Source: Psammoneis japonica
Lineage: Eukaryota
Reading direction: 5' to 3'
Assembly (NCBI GenBank): GCA_008632985.1
Contig: QPGO01000297.1
Span: 1 to 64,000 of the forward strand
Length of the DNA stretch: 64,000 bases
Shown here: positions 49,241 through 62,459 of the stretch, piece by piece
Layout of the letters: each line of letters starts with the position of its first letter
Position numbering within the stretch: position 1 is the stretch's first letter
Program-made: the position numbers and the translations under genes
The notes under the pieces: model-generated
What the model was told of the DNA's origin: nothing
What the model saw: only the letters and a program-made list of their open reading frames with translations
Databases searched by the model: none

Positions 49241-49897
49241 CCCTGTGACGGGTGGTGGAACTGTTTTTCAGAAGAGCTCGAAAGTGCTGCAAAATTAGGA
49301 TTGCCGGCGTGGCATGTTGAAAAATGTACAGAGCTTTGAGTGCAGAGAATTAATCGTGAATTGTACAGTGCACGAAACAGTCACATGTTTGAAAAAACAC
49401 GTCGAACAATAAGTGAGTTTGTGCGATGCGCTATTTTGGCGATAAATTTTGGAAACAAAAGAGTGTCCGTGCACCTCGCTACAGCCCCAAAAATGGCATG
49501 CTACTGTACAGTAGCCAACGCAACGGGCGGTCGCGAGCGTAGACGGACATAAATAGACACATTCGGCCAGTACGACTGAATAGTACTCCTACGCGTGTGC
49601 CAGTAATTATTTATGGATACTCGAAGTCGTAAACAAGAAATAATAATATTAAAACCTGAATAAAATTAATATTCTGTAGATTTGTCCGAAGAACTCATGG
49701 GTCGCATCTCGGGACTAACCTCACCACAAAACAAATATTATGATGGGCGGTGTGGATCATTCTCATCAAAGCTTCGCGTTTCATCTCTGCGATTTTGATT
49801 TCTCCGTTGCTGAACACAGCGACCATACGCGTCGATACCTGCATCCTCAATGATCAACACCGTAAGCAAAGAAAATCCCATCAAATGAATAGGCGCA

Positions 49898-52295
49898 ATG
49901 TTTGAATTACTTCCAGGGTACAATGTCACGCCCATGACAGACTTAGCTATGACGCTCCCAATGTTTTCTCACGGATCTCCGCATGCACCGGACTGGAACG
50001 ACGACGGAAATCTTGATTTGTGGCATCATAATCACTACTCATTCAGCGGGGATGAACAACGATGGTCAGATCCAAGTACGGATAGAAAGGGTCCAGATAG
50101 TACACCTGGCGGATGCATGGTGGATTGGGACGCTGTACTGCGAGACCCTGAGAGTGGGACGTACTATGCGCAGCCCCATGGTTTCATTGCGTGGAGTGAT
50201 AGTGTGAGGGACTGGTGTGTGAGTCCATTTCCGTCATTTCGGTGACTACGTCGAAACTGATTATATATTGTATGTGTTCATATCTCACACAATTTCTTTG
50301 ACATTATTCAGTTCGATGCGCATTCGAGTGCCTTTCTTGACATTGATAACGACGGGGTGAAAGACCTATTTGTGACTACGGGAGGCGGTAAAGGCTACGG
50401 AAACTCTTTTCGATACAACAATTTGCTCTTCTGGGGAGAGAAAACAAATTCAAAGGTTGGACTGCGATTGAGGGGTGGCAGAAGAGCGGCAAAGAAGGCG
50501 GGATTAGACGGCCGAAATCACAGAGGGAACGAGAGAGGTCGTCACCAATACTGGATGGATGCCAATGGCGATGGATTTTTGGATGTTGTTACACTCACAG
50601 AAGAGAATAAGGCGAACTCGATAGTGCCGGGAAAGCTCTATCAAAGCCTAAACGGAAGAAAGTTTGAGGAGGTTGATGTTCTTGGTGGAAAAGATTTCGC
50701 AGAATTCGCCGAAATGGCAATGTACGTTTCGCATTTCGTGAAGTTTGAGTCGTGTGTAACTCGTTACTTTGCCCATTTGCTGTACTACACGCGGTTTGTT
50801 TCCAAGTCTTCTTACGCTTTTCTCTTCCTTTTTCACAAAAAGACTCACAGACATTGATGGCGATGGCTACGCTCGTGAGTAGCCCTTTTGTTCTGCAGCT
50901 GCATCTTGGAAAGCCTTCTGCAAGGTTGATCCATAGGCATCCGTCACAAACAAGACTCGCTCAACCTTTCCATTGCCCCTTTTTCGTTCTTTTCGTTTCG
51001 TTCAGGCGAGTTCCTCGTGCCTTCACACTGCAATCCGCGTCACAATAAGCACGCCTCTCATCGCCCAAACTACGTTTGTAAAAGGGCTCCTCGCGGAAGC
51101 ATAAGTGTGTACAAAATGCACCCTAAAAAATCCTTAACAAGAATGGCAACTATTCCACCTCTCAGACCTTATGACTACATCAGGTCGATCGCCACGGGGG
51201 ATTGGGATAAAGATGGAATTGCTGATATTGCGATCCTGTGGTTTAAGGAAGTTCATTTTCATCTATCAACAACAAGGCTTAAAAGATGTCGACGCTCAGA
51301 GAAAGACAGAGATCGCAGAAAATGCGCTTTCATTTTGGGCACACCGAATGACATTGTCAATCTCAGCACCGTGTGTGGTAATGAAGGGGCAGCGGGCATC
51401 CGTTTCGCTGACTTCAATCTAGACGGAAAGGAGGACATGCTTGTGTACGTTAACATACGTGAAGCTTTTCCATTTCTTCTTTTCTTTTCATTTGTGCTCA
51501 CCCAATCGATCAATTCATTCTCGCAGTATCTGCAAGAAGCCTGGTCTTCACCGCGTATACGAGCAGATCTCAAAGCGCAGCTGGAAAGTGCTGAAGGATG
51601 ACACTGGAGAGAAAGCTGATTTTGGTGATCTAAACAATCCAAAGTTGACCACGGGTGGACCAAAGTTCTGCGACGGCGTTCCGATCTCAGTTAACAACAC
51701 AGCAGAGCGTTGTAAGCCACCATTTTATGGCTCGGAAGAATGTAAAGACGTGCGATACCACCACCAGTTCGTGATCTGCAACATGAGAGCCAAGGATAAC
51801 AGAAGATCCGTTGCCAGAGCTTTCAGTCCAACAGTTGCTGACATTGATAACGATGGATATGCTGACATTATCCTTGGGTACAAATTTGGGAGTACAGTGA
51901 TAGTGCGAAACACGTTGGGAGAGGTGGAACCAAATAGATTCTTTTTGGTCCGGTTGGACAGAACGGCTGGAGCAGCGGCGTCCATTGGGGCCGTAGTAAC
52001 AGTACACTGCTACCGGATGGGCCCATACAGCAATGAGACGAAGACACAAATGCGTGTCCTCTCCTCCCTCAGCCATGGAACCGATGCCGAAGGCGGTGCC
52101 GAGGATAGATTGATCTTTGGACTCGGAAAGCATGGAAGGGTTTTTAAACTCACAGTGCATTGGCCACACTGTTGCGAACCAACAGAGATTTTTCACCACA
52201 ACAACACAAAGCTCCTTACTTGGAATACTTCAAGCATGATGGAGCCCTTTGAGGTATATCTACCTGAGAATTGTGATGGTAGTTGCTGGTTATAA
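49898..52295 (+). CDS. FG-GAP repeat / ASPIC-UnbV (CRTAC1-like) protein; multi-exon, true start not resolved
   Basis: Repeated D(W/I/A/F)(N/D)xDGxxD motifs across four ORFs separated by intron-like pyrimidine-rich gaps. C-terminal IGAVVTV..LIFGLG..LTVHWP. Confidence 0.75.
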
Positions 52296-53019
52296 CGAAT
52301 TCAGTCACTTGAAGAGGGCAAATATGCAAGAACGACCGCTTCAGTCACCGTCGTTTCGAGGGGCATAAGCAGGAGCTCTACACACAGTGCTGCGGGTCCG
52401 CTCTTTCTGTAAAAAATGCGCAAGGAGTGCAGTGAAATACTTTCGCAAGATAACGGAAATGCCGCATTCAACCCCAGCTGTCATTTCCCGTGTGAGAGAG
52501 GTCACAGGTTTGCATTGTGCATTACCTTTCGTCGTCTCGTTGGCAGGACGAATCCGCTCGCGTTGAATACTCAACATAAAATGTAAATTAAAAAAGTGGA
52601 AAATAATGAGTGTAGGTGTTCTGAGATTTGTCGACAGCAAGAAATTCTTGATGCTGTATTGCTGCGCATTGCCGTGTGCAAGAAGAATAATTACATCCAC
52701 TGGCACAAGCCTGTCTCCTCCCAACCTCTGGAATGTTGTCCGGTGCAGTTGCGGCTGGTGGAACGGGCGATCGCTGTTGGTGCCCAATGGAAGAAATGTT
52801 TGATGTTGACATTCCCGCAGCATGCACATGTTTCCGATGCAGCAGCATAGAATCTATGTTTGCATGTAAACAATCTAATGAGCCAATGCAAGTGTCGCTA
52901 CATAGACTGTCTCCACCTATCGTCGAATCGACACTTGTCATTGGTCGTATCTACCGTCATTTTCGGACCCCATGCACCAGCGAAAGCTACGGTTAGAATT
53001 GCGGGTCGTGACATAAAAT

Positions 53020-53211
53020 CCCCTTGCATCATTCTTCATGCCGACAGACATATAATCACAAACAAATGCTGATCCACTGAAACTCTCACCATTCAGAAGG
53101 GTCATAGAAAACTGCGGGTCGCCCCGTGCATCATTCTTCGCGCAGCAGACATACAATCACAAACAAACAATAATGATCGACTGAAACTCTCACCATTCAG
53201 AAGGGTCATAG
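53020..53211. repeat. ~100-bp tandem duplication covering the stop codon and 3' flank of the 53190 gene
   Basis: gcatcattcttc..cagacata(t/c)aatcacaaacaaa..actgaaactctcaccattcagaagggtcatag occurs twice. Confidence 0.8.
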
Positions 53212-54172
53212 TCGTCTTCGAAGACTGGCATCCACTCGAGCGGGAAAATGTCGGGGAGGCGAGGAATCATGGAATCGCGTGCCTTGTGCATAAAGTTAAT
53301 GCGGTTCGCCAACTGTTCTCCAAGCACCTGATCGGCCACCAAATCACGCTTGTTGAGCATTCCCTTGATGACATCCTCCAGATGATTGAATTGTGATTTG
53401 TACCAACGTTCGCTTTTTATTTGCTGATCGCATCGAAAACTTCGTATCAAAACTGCGCTCACCCGCTTCATGGGGAGCATCGTTGAGCGTTTTTTAACAT
53501 CATGTCGAGAAAATAATCAGAGCACAGGGAGCAACCCCAAACGTAAGATAAACATTCTCTGCCATTGAAGGCAGAATCAAACAAGAAAAAGTTTTGTGTG
53601 TTTTGCGCCAAGTCGAACTCGGCCAAGCGGAGCTCGATGAGGCCCGTGAAGAGACAGTGGGCCTTTGGATTGTACTCGTCAAGACTTTTCATGCCACAGA
53701 AATCTTCGGTCCAACTCCAGGGGGCGCAGAGCGATTCCTTGACAGAGAGGTCTTCTCCATAAAATGACAGGAGGTTGGAAACACACCCTGCATGGAATGG
53801 ATGCAATCGTCTCGCCTTTTCAAAGTTGGAAAGCGAATTGAAAGAATCTTGACAGCGCGGATCCTTCTCCTTGAGAGCTTTGTCATCTTGCCACATTCGG
53901 GAACCACACCGCTTTCCACATTCGCTGCACAGCTTCCCGCAATGTGTGCAAATGTTGAAGGCATTGAGCTTGCCAATGTGCTTGACAAGTTGTTCAAAGC
54001 ATGGTGCATTGTTCAACACCGTCAAAATGGCCTCGTTCCAACCTTTTGAAATGATGCGGCACTCATCATTCAACTCATGCCATGGAAAGCATCCACCTCC
54101 AATGACAAGCTCAAACACAGTGCTTGAGGAGTCTACGCAAAGGCTCTTGGCAGAAGCCGGTGGGTTCGACAT
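53190..54172 (-). pseudogene. Unknown protein with an F-box-like N-terminus, frameshifted at a T-run near 53490; 5' half TpA-depleted
   Basis: ORFs 53468-54238 and 53190-53480 overlap. FPWHEL..CRIISKGWNEA motif. Confidence 0.45.
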
Positions 54173-54432
54173 GGTGATGACAGGAAAAACATCTGCTTCG
54201 AATCTCTCCACACTGTGAACACGACACGCAGCACACACCGTGGGTATTTTTTTTTAGCGCAGCAACAAATGATTTAGCCTTGCATGGCCCGGAGTGCTTC
54301 AGCATTGTTCACAGTTGCACCAAAACATGCAAAAATCTGCTGAACAGATCAGAAGCCTGTTCTCTGCAGCTCTTCTTTAAGTTTTCCTTTTTTGGGTTGA
54401 GATTGTGACATTCTCCCCGCTGTTTCCTTGTT

Positions 54433-56490
54433 GTGTCTTCTCTCTGCTGCCTTCTCTTCTGTGTGTGTGTGGCACCAAGGGCTGGAATTTGTGTCTTTGA
54501 AAGCTTTTGGTTGGGCAGATCCAAGGAGAAACAACGGGTGCTGCTCAAATTCCCCGAGCAGCATGCTTTTGTTCTCGATCTTCGAGTCGTGCATTTTTGG
54601 GTTGCTTCCTTCCGCAAAACTGTTGGGTCATGGTTTGGCTTGCCACGATCTGTCCTCACAAGCATCTTTGTTGCAACTGTTGGATGTCCACGGAACTTTG
54701 GGCAGAGTGCCTCCGCAATGATGTCAAACTTGGTTTCACATGTGATGGCATGTTTGCACTGCAGTGGGCAGAGAGACAAAGATGAGCTCTGCAAAAATGT
54801 GGCTGGACTTTCAAACATTGCAACAGAAAACAATGCTGTTGCCAATGGCATGCATTGGCACAAGACTGAGTGCAGCTGCAAGCCTGCTGGAGATCCCAGT
54901 CAGTTTCGCTGTCTGCCAACAACAACAAATGTTGAAGGTCTAGAAGAAAATGGGCAGAGGTTTGGTGTGACGAGAGCAGAAATTCTGGCAGAGTTTTTGG
55001 AAACAGCCCCCCACATTCAGAGTGCAGAAAAGGCTCAGCGAGCCAAGAAGAGACAATGCATTGAAAGTGAAAATGATGGGAACAATGTTTCTTTGGAAGA
55101 GTTGGAGACTGCAAGGCAACAAAATGCCCCCTGCACTTCAACTGCTGGGATTCAATGCAAGCAGCACACAATGCATCTTCACGCTGATGTTGGTTTGCCC
55201 CGCAGATGTGGATGTCAAGTTGGTTGTGCAAAACAGGGCCAATGTTCTTTCTGCCATTGTCAATCATCTTCAAGGGTTCAAATCTGTTTTGCCCAACCAG
55301 GGTGACAAGAAACTTGCCATTGAGTTTGAAAAAGTGGCCACTCATCACTGTGCACTCTGCATCATGGTGTCCATTCAGTGGCAGCCCTTGGCAATCTCAA
55401 GGGTGAAAGAAGGGAGATTGAAAATGACATGAACCAGGCTCAGTGCTGTCAACACATGATTCTAGACCAAAAAAAAAGATGGTGTCACATGACACAAATT
55501 GGCAGGTGGTGCAGCAGAGACAGGTGGCTGCTCTCCTCAGCACTGGAGCCAACAAGATGAGTCAAAACTGATGCCCTTCTTTGTTTGGAATCATTGGGTG
55601 AAAAATGCTTTTGTTCAATGTGAAATCAAGAGCTGGGGGGCTTTCTGTTTGGTTGATGTGTGAAAGTGTTCACAACAAAATCATGCTGATGCTGCTGTGT
55701 CACTGAATGCAAAGAAGATGTTGTGGCGGAAGATGATGATGACTTTGAGAAAGCAATGGAGTCATTGGGCAAATCTCAAGAACTCTCAGGTCACTTTTTC
55801 TGCATTGACGGCAGCCCATTGGATGTGTTTCTTGGGAGTCAAGTGCACACATGCATGGGCTGAAAGGCTTTTGTGTTGATGGTGGTCTGTTGCAAGAAGC
55901 CTGCCATGAAGTTACATCATGAGAAGCTTTCCAAAGAATGTCTTGAGTTTGAGAAGCGCTGCTGCAGGCAAACTCAAATGCCCTTTTGGAAGAGGCAGCT
56001 GATCTCATGAACTCAGTTGCTTGTTCCAGCCAACTCGCAGTCAGAAGTCAGAACTCTGTGTTCTCTCAAGATGGGAATGTGCTCATGAAGTTTTGCACAG
56101 ATCATGACTGGGCCAGCTTTCATGATGAGATTCTTGCACAATCCAGCCATCCAAGCTGTCAGCTTCCTGCCTTTTTGCAATGAAAAGCCGGGGTCATTGC
56201 ATGAGACCGCCATTGTTTGGAAGGACGAAGGTCTTGGAGTCATGCTCTTGCTTTTCACACATTGTGAGCTTGGCTTGCTCCAAGTGCTTGATGAAAAGTC
56301 GTCCAAGTGAGTCAACAACTGCGGGGAAAGAGCCAAGTGGTGCAGAGCAATGAAAAAAAAGCAGCAAAAGAGGCCCGAAGATCAGCCACCAAGAAAGATT
56401 TGGAAACAAACCCCACCTTCATGGTCAACTTCGAGTGCCACCAGGACAACAATTACAACCACGTGGTGACACAGCCACAATCACGGTAAT
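54433..56490 (+). pseudogene. Hypermutated relic of an unidentified gene or transposon
   Basis: Long protein-like stretches (AEILAEFLETAPHIQ, EDDDDFEKAMESL). The 290-aa ORF has no Tyr. TpA and CpG are depleted. Confidence 0.35.
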
Positions 56491-56972
56491 TCGTCCTCAC
56501 GCTGCTTGCTCAACGAAAAACACTGCAGCACCGGAAAGTGAGAAAATGTGATGACTGATGACAGACGAGTGGATGACTTTGGTCAAAAGATTCGAACTGC
56601 CCTACTTAAGGAATGATATCTTCGAAAACATTATTGTCACTTTTAATAGAAGACCAATGGTATGACCTTTCTGTTGAATGTACAATGATTTTTATTGCCC
56701 TCACAGTCTTTAATGACTTGTTCTGATGTTTGGATATTGCATTTACTTAATTGGAGACAACATTTTTGTCCTTTATAAATGTTCGGATAAATGTTTGGAT
56801 CACATAACAAAGCACAAACAGAATGACCGCCTCACCGTGTGACCGCGATTGTAGTGACCGCCAATCAAGTCTCGTTCACTTTCAAATTCATTCCTGTGTC
56901 TCACAAAAACGGAAAATTCCTCGCGACGATCAAAGCGCACAGAGAGCGAAAAAAAAGTGAGAAGAGAGAACC

Positions 56973-58302
56973 ATGCGTGTCCTAGCCCTGGCTTTCCTTT
57001 TGGCCGCTTGCGCCGTCGGTGTCCGTGGGTCAAGCACGGAGGACAGTAGCACCGAGGTAAGTGATCCTGTGTTGCTTTCTCTGTGCGTCGAATCCGTTCT
57101 TTCCTCTCGTCGCACGTTGCGTAAGGCATTCTGCGTTTCTCATATTTTTCTTTCTTACTCCTCTCTCTCAGTTGCTGCATGAAGACAAAAATTTAGGAGA
57201 TCTTGTGCAAGAAGAAAAAGGAAACGATTTTTATATAGAAGATGAAGATAGTCAACGTTCCTTACGTAGGCGACCCATCATTGACGAAAGGTTGCCCCCA
57301 GACGTCCGCGCCACGAAACGCCGAGGCACTACTACCTATACTCTAAACATTCGCATCTGGTATTGGCTGAGGCAAAAAGACTTGTGCTTTGATCCTTTAG
57401 AATGGTGCACAAGCTACATCGCCGATGAGTTTGAGTCGGCGGATTTGGAAAACAAAGCTACGGTTTTGGCTTATGCAGCAGCTTGGGGTAACTGCTGGGC
57501 GACAGCTCGGGCCACTTCGAGAGTGAGCGCCCTTGTTGATGCCGAAGCCGTACTCTCCGTCAAGCAACGAGGACGGATTGGAGCTGTAAAGGAAGTCAAT
57601 TTCAACTCTCGATTGGATAAGTGTCAGCTGTCGGTTGCATACAGCCGATCTGCCGCCGAAACCTCGCTAGACTCTGAAGGGCAAGCTCTTGCGATCACTG
57701 ACCTGAATGAGGTTTGCACAAAAATGAGCCCGATACACCCGCACTACTTCGCGCTCTGCGCTGACGGTGTTGGAGACGCAGAAGCATTTGGCTATGCTAA
57801 TGCGGACTCTACCGCTTCCGGTTTCTCCCGAGCGTTGGCAGAGTCACACACGTCACAGACAGTAAGCGTCAAATCCGAGGGCAGAAGCATCGAAAGCTTC
57901 CATGCCGTCGTAATTGGTGGGGCATCCAGCTTTACTCAGGCCGGCACTAGAACTATTGCTAATGCATACGCCAATGTTGCCACCATTGCGGTTGCTGAAT
58001 CTTGGATCAGTCATTGTTTGGAGTGGTATGGTTGGTACTGCGCTAGGAATAAAAATTCCTTTTGCTATGAGGACTGGGGCTACACTTGCATTGAGGCGTG
58101 GTCTATTGCGGAAACCGGAGCCAACGCTTTTGCCGATGCATTTTCAAAAGCTGTGGCGAGATCCACGGCCGACCTTGAAGTTACAGTTGCAGTGAGAGCG
58201 TTGTTTGCTCGTGATCGGGCGACTGGCAAAGTTTCCATGGGCTTGGAGGCAGACACCGAGTTTTCTGCAGGTGCAGTCGCTACCTGTAGGGCCAAGACAT
58301 AA
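56973..58302 (+). CDS. Secreted Ala/Ser-rich, Cys-containing protein; intron 57057-57171
   Basis: Signal peptide MRVLALAFLLAACAVG, in-frame gtaag..ctcag intron, acidic prosegment ending RSLRRR, and alternating-Ala stretches. Confidence 0.7.
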
Positions 58303-59350
58303 AGAAGTAATTTGGGATGTGTAAGCAAATGAGTGGCAAGGGTGATGAGCTCATCTTATTGCTGACTGTTGGGAAGTGCTTGTTTATTAGGGATCGGGCA
58401 ACACAAGAATAGAATGCAAGGCGACAGGAAAGGGCGACTTTGGAGCGGCCGTTTATGTTCTGATGTTGTGGTGGCTACTCGTACGATTACAAAGCAGACA
58501 CTAACTATTGATAGCATTTGGATACAATTTCGTGTCAGCAACTTTCAAAGTTTAGTGCGGAAACGGATCGAAACCAACGCGTCTTCCATAAAGGGTGGTT
58601 GAGAAAAAGCTTGCACCGCAACTAAAATGCTTGACTTGTCTTCACACCACGTTTGCTGTTGGAAGCTTTTGGTAAAAAGGACAAAAAAGGAAGCAACAAA
58701 AGTCGCTTCCAAGCCATTCGCGTTCCCAACAGATCCTCTAGGTACGAAACTATTACTCCGCGCCGAGGGCCGGGGTTGGCAATCAGCATACCCAACCTCA
58801 TCGACAACGACCAATAACCTCCAAATCAAGACAGATGATATGGGCCATTCGATGAGATTCTTCCTTTTCAACATTGCGACGTGATTGGTTTCCTTTTTGT
58901 GGCTGTGTTCGACGTGCAATGCAAGTGTGATACAAAACGTGGTTCAAAGAGTTCGTCGCATTCGACTACATATCTGACCCCGAGGACAAGTTGCTCAAGC
59001 ACCTCCCGCAACAGCTGACCTTCTGGTCTACTTGCGCATCTACGTGATGATATTCGAAAGGACGAAGAATGGCCATGACTGCGAAGCGTGGAGGTTTTGC
59101 AACTGCAACTCTTGCGAGTTATAAGCGTATTTTTTAACGATATGCAACTTACCTTGCGCCTATTCTACAATACATATAGCGTAAAGAACCTTCCATTAAA
59201 AGCTATCAATCAGCGAAATTCCTGACGGGGTCTAATTCCCCTAAAGTACCTAAAGGAAGTTATATCACTTTCAGCAGAAAGACTGCACGTGCATGCAAAG
59301 CTACCATACTCTACCGGTACCTCACCACTCGCCAGCGATTCCAATTCCAA

Positions 59351-60613
59351 TCAATAGTCTTCATAGTCTCCGTCATCATCTTCACCTTTCTCCCTATGAA
59401 AATGCTCATCTTGAAAGCGGAACTGCTCGTATCGTCTGCTTAGATCGTCCAGTATCACCGGCCCAAGATTACCCGTGTTGAAAAGCTTCAAAAAGTTGGT
59501 GCAACGTTTCAACGTCAGTTGATCTTCTGGGAGTCTCTCGGCGTATTTGTTGGCAAATCTGACCAACACGTCGTGTACATTCTCCGTGGGCGCCTCAAGA
59601 CCAATCTTTTTAACATAGCAAAAGTTCTTGTCGCGATTGAGACAAAAGAGCAAGTACTCACAAAAGGCGGTTTGTAGTGCCGGATCCGCCTTCATATTTT
59701 TGGACATTGGCAAGAGATTGGCGACACCATAACCGTACCAAGCCCCTGGACGCTCTCGAAAAAAAAATTGGGGAGGTGTCACTCCAGGTACATCGAGAAA
59801 GAATGCTCGAGGCTTTTCGCGAATCATGTATTCCGTGAGAACTCGTGTTTTGCCGGGTGTATCCTCAATCGCCGGACCACCCGACTTTTTGAGATTTTTC
59901 TTCTTCTCCCCCACCTTTACCTTGACTTGCTTCTTGATAAGTCCTCTTGCTTTAGCATTACGGAGCAAACATTGCAACAAGCTGCTCTTGCCCGTGTTGG
60001 CAACACCAACAGTCAGTGCCGTGTTGATCCCACCCTTTGTTTCCACGTGATGCAGGAGACCATCATAGACTACATCAAAAGCTTCCGCTTCGGATCGGTT
60101 TTGTCTCGTGTCTACAAAAATACTTCTCGAGTCTGGCCAGTTTTTATCGGTCCATCGCTCGACGCGATCTCTCGTCTTGGCATCAATCATGTCAGCGTGA
60201 GTGTAGCAGATCAAATGAAGACGGTGTTTGGCGAGACGAGTAAAAGACGGATGATGGGAGGATCCTGGTAAACGAACATCCCGAATCTCCAGCAGGACGT
60301 TGGCCTGATAGGACTTTTTGTGGATGGACTCTAGAGCTTCAAATTCATACTTGGGCGAAGAATGCAAGTATTGTTCAAACGCGGCTCCATTCCATTGCGT
60401 AGACCAGTTTCTAGTCATGGATTCCCATTTCTTTTGTTCTTTGGCCTCAACAGTCGAACGTGACAGGGCTCGTCCTATATGATACTTGTCTTCACATTCG
60501 ATCCGGGTACTAAACAGCCGAGAATATGCCGAGCGTTTCTTGAGACACCACGCGACAGGAGCTACCCGCCGCCACGCACCTCCATTCATGATGCCGCTTG
60601 ATCTGAAGATCAT
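59351..60613 (-). CDS. Circularly permuted YlqF/RbgA/MTG1-family GTPase, probably mitochondrial
   Basis: Order is LEIRDVRLPGSS, then G4-position THAD, G1 GVANTGKSS, G2 PGKTR and G3 DVPG. Basic N-terminal presequence and C-terminal GNLG. Confidence 0.85.
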   Translation of the reverse strand: MIFRSSGIMNGGAWRRVAPVAWCLKKRSAYSRLFSTRIECEDKYHIGRALSRSTVEAKEQKKWESMTRNWSTQWNGAAFEQYLHSSPKYEFEALESIHKKSYQANVLLEIRDVRLPGSSHHPSFTRLAKHRLHLICYTHADMIDAKTRDRVERWTDKNWPDSRSIFVDTRQNRSEAEAFDVVYDGLLHHVETKGGINTALTVGVANTGKSSLLQCLLRNAKARGLIKKQVKVKVGEKKKNLKKSGGPAIEDTPGKTRVLTEYMIREKPRAFFLDVPGVTPPQFFFRERPGAWYGYGVANLLPMSKNMKADPALQTAFCEYLLFCLNRDKNFCYVKKIGLEAPTENVHDVLVRFANKYAERLPEDQLTLKRCTNFLKLFNTGNLGPVILDDLSRRYEQFRFQDEHFHREKGEDDDGDYEDY

Positions 60614-60675
60614 CGCATATCATATGGTCCAATTGGTTCTATTGTGTCGTACGGTATGAGCTAAATGATGAAAGA

Positions 60676-60738
60676 TGAATGAATGAATGAATGAATGACA
60701 ACAATAGAACGATACCTGTCACCTGTCACTTGTCACCT
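60676..60738. repeat. (TGAA)n microsatellite and acctgtc heptamer repeats upstream of the GTPase
   Basis: Read directly. Confidence 0.7.
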
Positions 60739-61754
60739 AACACATTTTGGAAAATTTGATTTCTGCAAAATTCCAAAAATTGGGGGATCTTTCATGCAAT
60801 CATGACGTCAGCAGGACCTCACATTTTTAAAGTCTGTCTGTCTCCCCTCACTCCGGCTTGCTTTCTCGACTTCCTTGCACCTTGCTTGCAATCCTTGCGG
60901 TCACAACCGCACCTTTCAAATTTTCTAATGTTAGTGAGAACACCCAAGCTCAGTTGAAAGTTGTAAGAGCTCCCATCCACAAACCCAGCAACATGCTCAA
61001 ACTCCTGCGACTCAAAGCAGTGGGGCCGTGCACGGGCGCACACATCAAAATCAAGAAGAAAACCTCCGCCCTTGGCGTTGTTGACATGGCAACAAGTGAC
61101 GTGTCTGGACCAGCAGCCCAAACCAGTTGTCACTGTCACACATTTTGGGAACCATCTCCAGCAAAACCTTGCACTTTGAGTGCAGCTGTCTTCATCTGCT
61201 TCGGCGATGTCAAGCGGAACCTGGGCGCTTTGTTGCCCCCCGCCACACTGCTCCTCTGTTCACATGCTGTTGTGCTCTCCCCCCTTTGCCATCAGAGTGA
61301 CAGCTCATCACCAGCGCAGGCACCCCTTGTTCGAAAACCGTGATCTTTTCTAAACTTGACAGCTGCAGATGCTCAGTTTGGTGTTGCTGCTGTCACACCA
61401 CGTCACTGCGCTTCGTTTGCTCGTTGCTCGGTTGCTCGTTGCTTGCTTTGTGTTTGAGTTGTGTGCCATGTGGGCACTGCATGGCATGAAGAAAGTGACG
61501 AAAGCACTGCGAATACGGACGTTGAAAAAAATTGCATGCATTGCTTCAGTCTGTTTTGACAAAACAGGAAATCCAATCGTTGAAAAAATTTGCATGCATT
61601 GCACTTCGGAGTCTATTGTGCTTGACAAAAAAGGAAATCCAATGTCTGTCTGTCTCCCCTCACTGACTCAGCGCCTCGTCACTCGTCACCGTACCATGTG
61701 CCATCTCGCATCTCGCACAAAAAAAATCAAATTTCGACAAGATTTCGATTGACC

Positions 61755-62459
61755 ATGGTGTCGTTTACTCCCTTGCACCCGTCAATAGCACTCCTTGCAG
61801 TCACAACCACCTTCTTGGGTGTCGCTCATGGTTGGTCCCACCAACCACCACGAACGGCACATTCTCGGAGAGACTTTTTCCAAGGAGGTGCCGCATTTCT
61901 CGTTGCAGCATCAACCACACTACCGCTTGCTGCCGTGGCGGCCGCAACGCCATCTGCCCAAGAGCTTGAAAAGCTTCAAAAAGGCCATGCTCGCGTTCAG
62001 TACTTGTTGGATCATTGGGATGAAGTGACACAAGTGTGTGGCACAGCCGTTATGAGTGATACGGAACGACGACAAGTCGTGCGAACCGAGGGTGGTGGAG
62101 GAACGACGGGATGTACCAAGACGCCGCTGCGAGTTCAGGAATTTATGGGTTTCAAGAGTACAGAGGATCCTCTCTTCAAGGCGGACAAGCTCATGGTTCG
62201 GGCGACGCCACTAGTGGATCCGGATGATCTAGATGGGTACTTGGATGCTGTTGAGAAGTACAAGGAAAAAGCGGACAACACGGCTCTCATGGCGTATACA
62301 TCCTCTTGGGGAGAGGCAAATCCCAATGGAGGAAAAGAAGTAATTGATGATTATCTTGAGCGAACAAAGGCGGATGTGATTGACTCGGAAGCGTCGTTGA
62401 GGAGTGTGTTAAAGTATCTCAACCTGACGCCCTTGCCACCCATTCAAGGAAAGCTGTAG
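61755..62459 (+). CDS. Plastid thylakoid-lumen protein (tripartite presequence)
   Basis: Signal peptide ..GVAHG|W, then transit peptide, twin-Arg SRRDFF and hydrophobic stretch ending AVA. Mature region has SSWGEANP. Confidence 0.7.
   Translation: MVSFTPLHPSIALLAVTTTFLGVAHGWSHQPPRTAHSRRDFFQGGAAFLVAASTTLPLAAVAAATPSAQELEKLQKGHARVQYLLDHWDEVTQVCGTAVMSDTERRQVVRTEGGGGTTGCTKTPLRVQEFMGFKSTEDPLFKADKLMVRATPLVDPDDLDGYLDAVEKYKEKADNTALMAYTSSWGEANPNGGKEVIDDYLERTKADVIDSEASLRSVLKYLNLTPLPPIQGKL

Noticed and set aside
16000..56580. Classical fungal RIP as the explanation
   Set aside because: RIP increases TpA and AT content. Here TpA is lost and CpA/TpG is gained.
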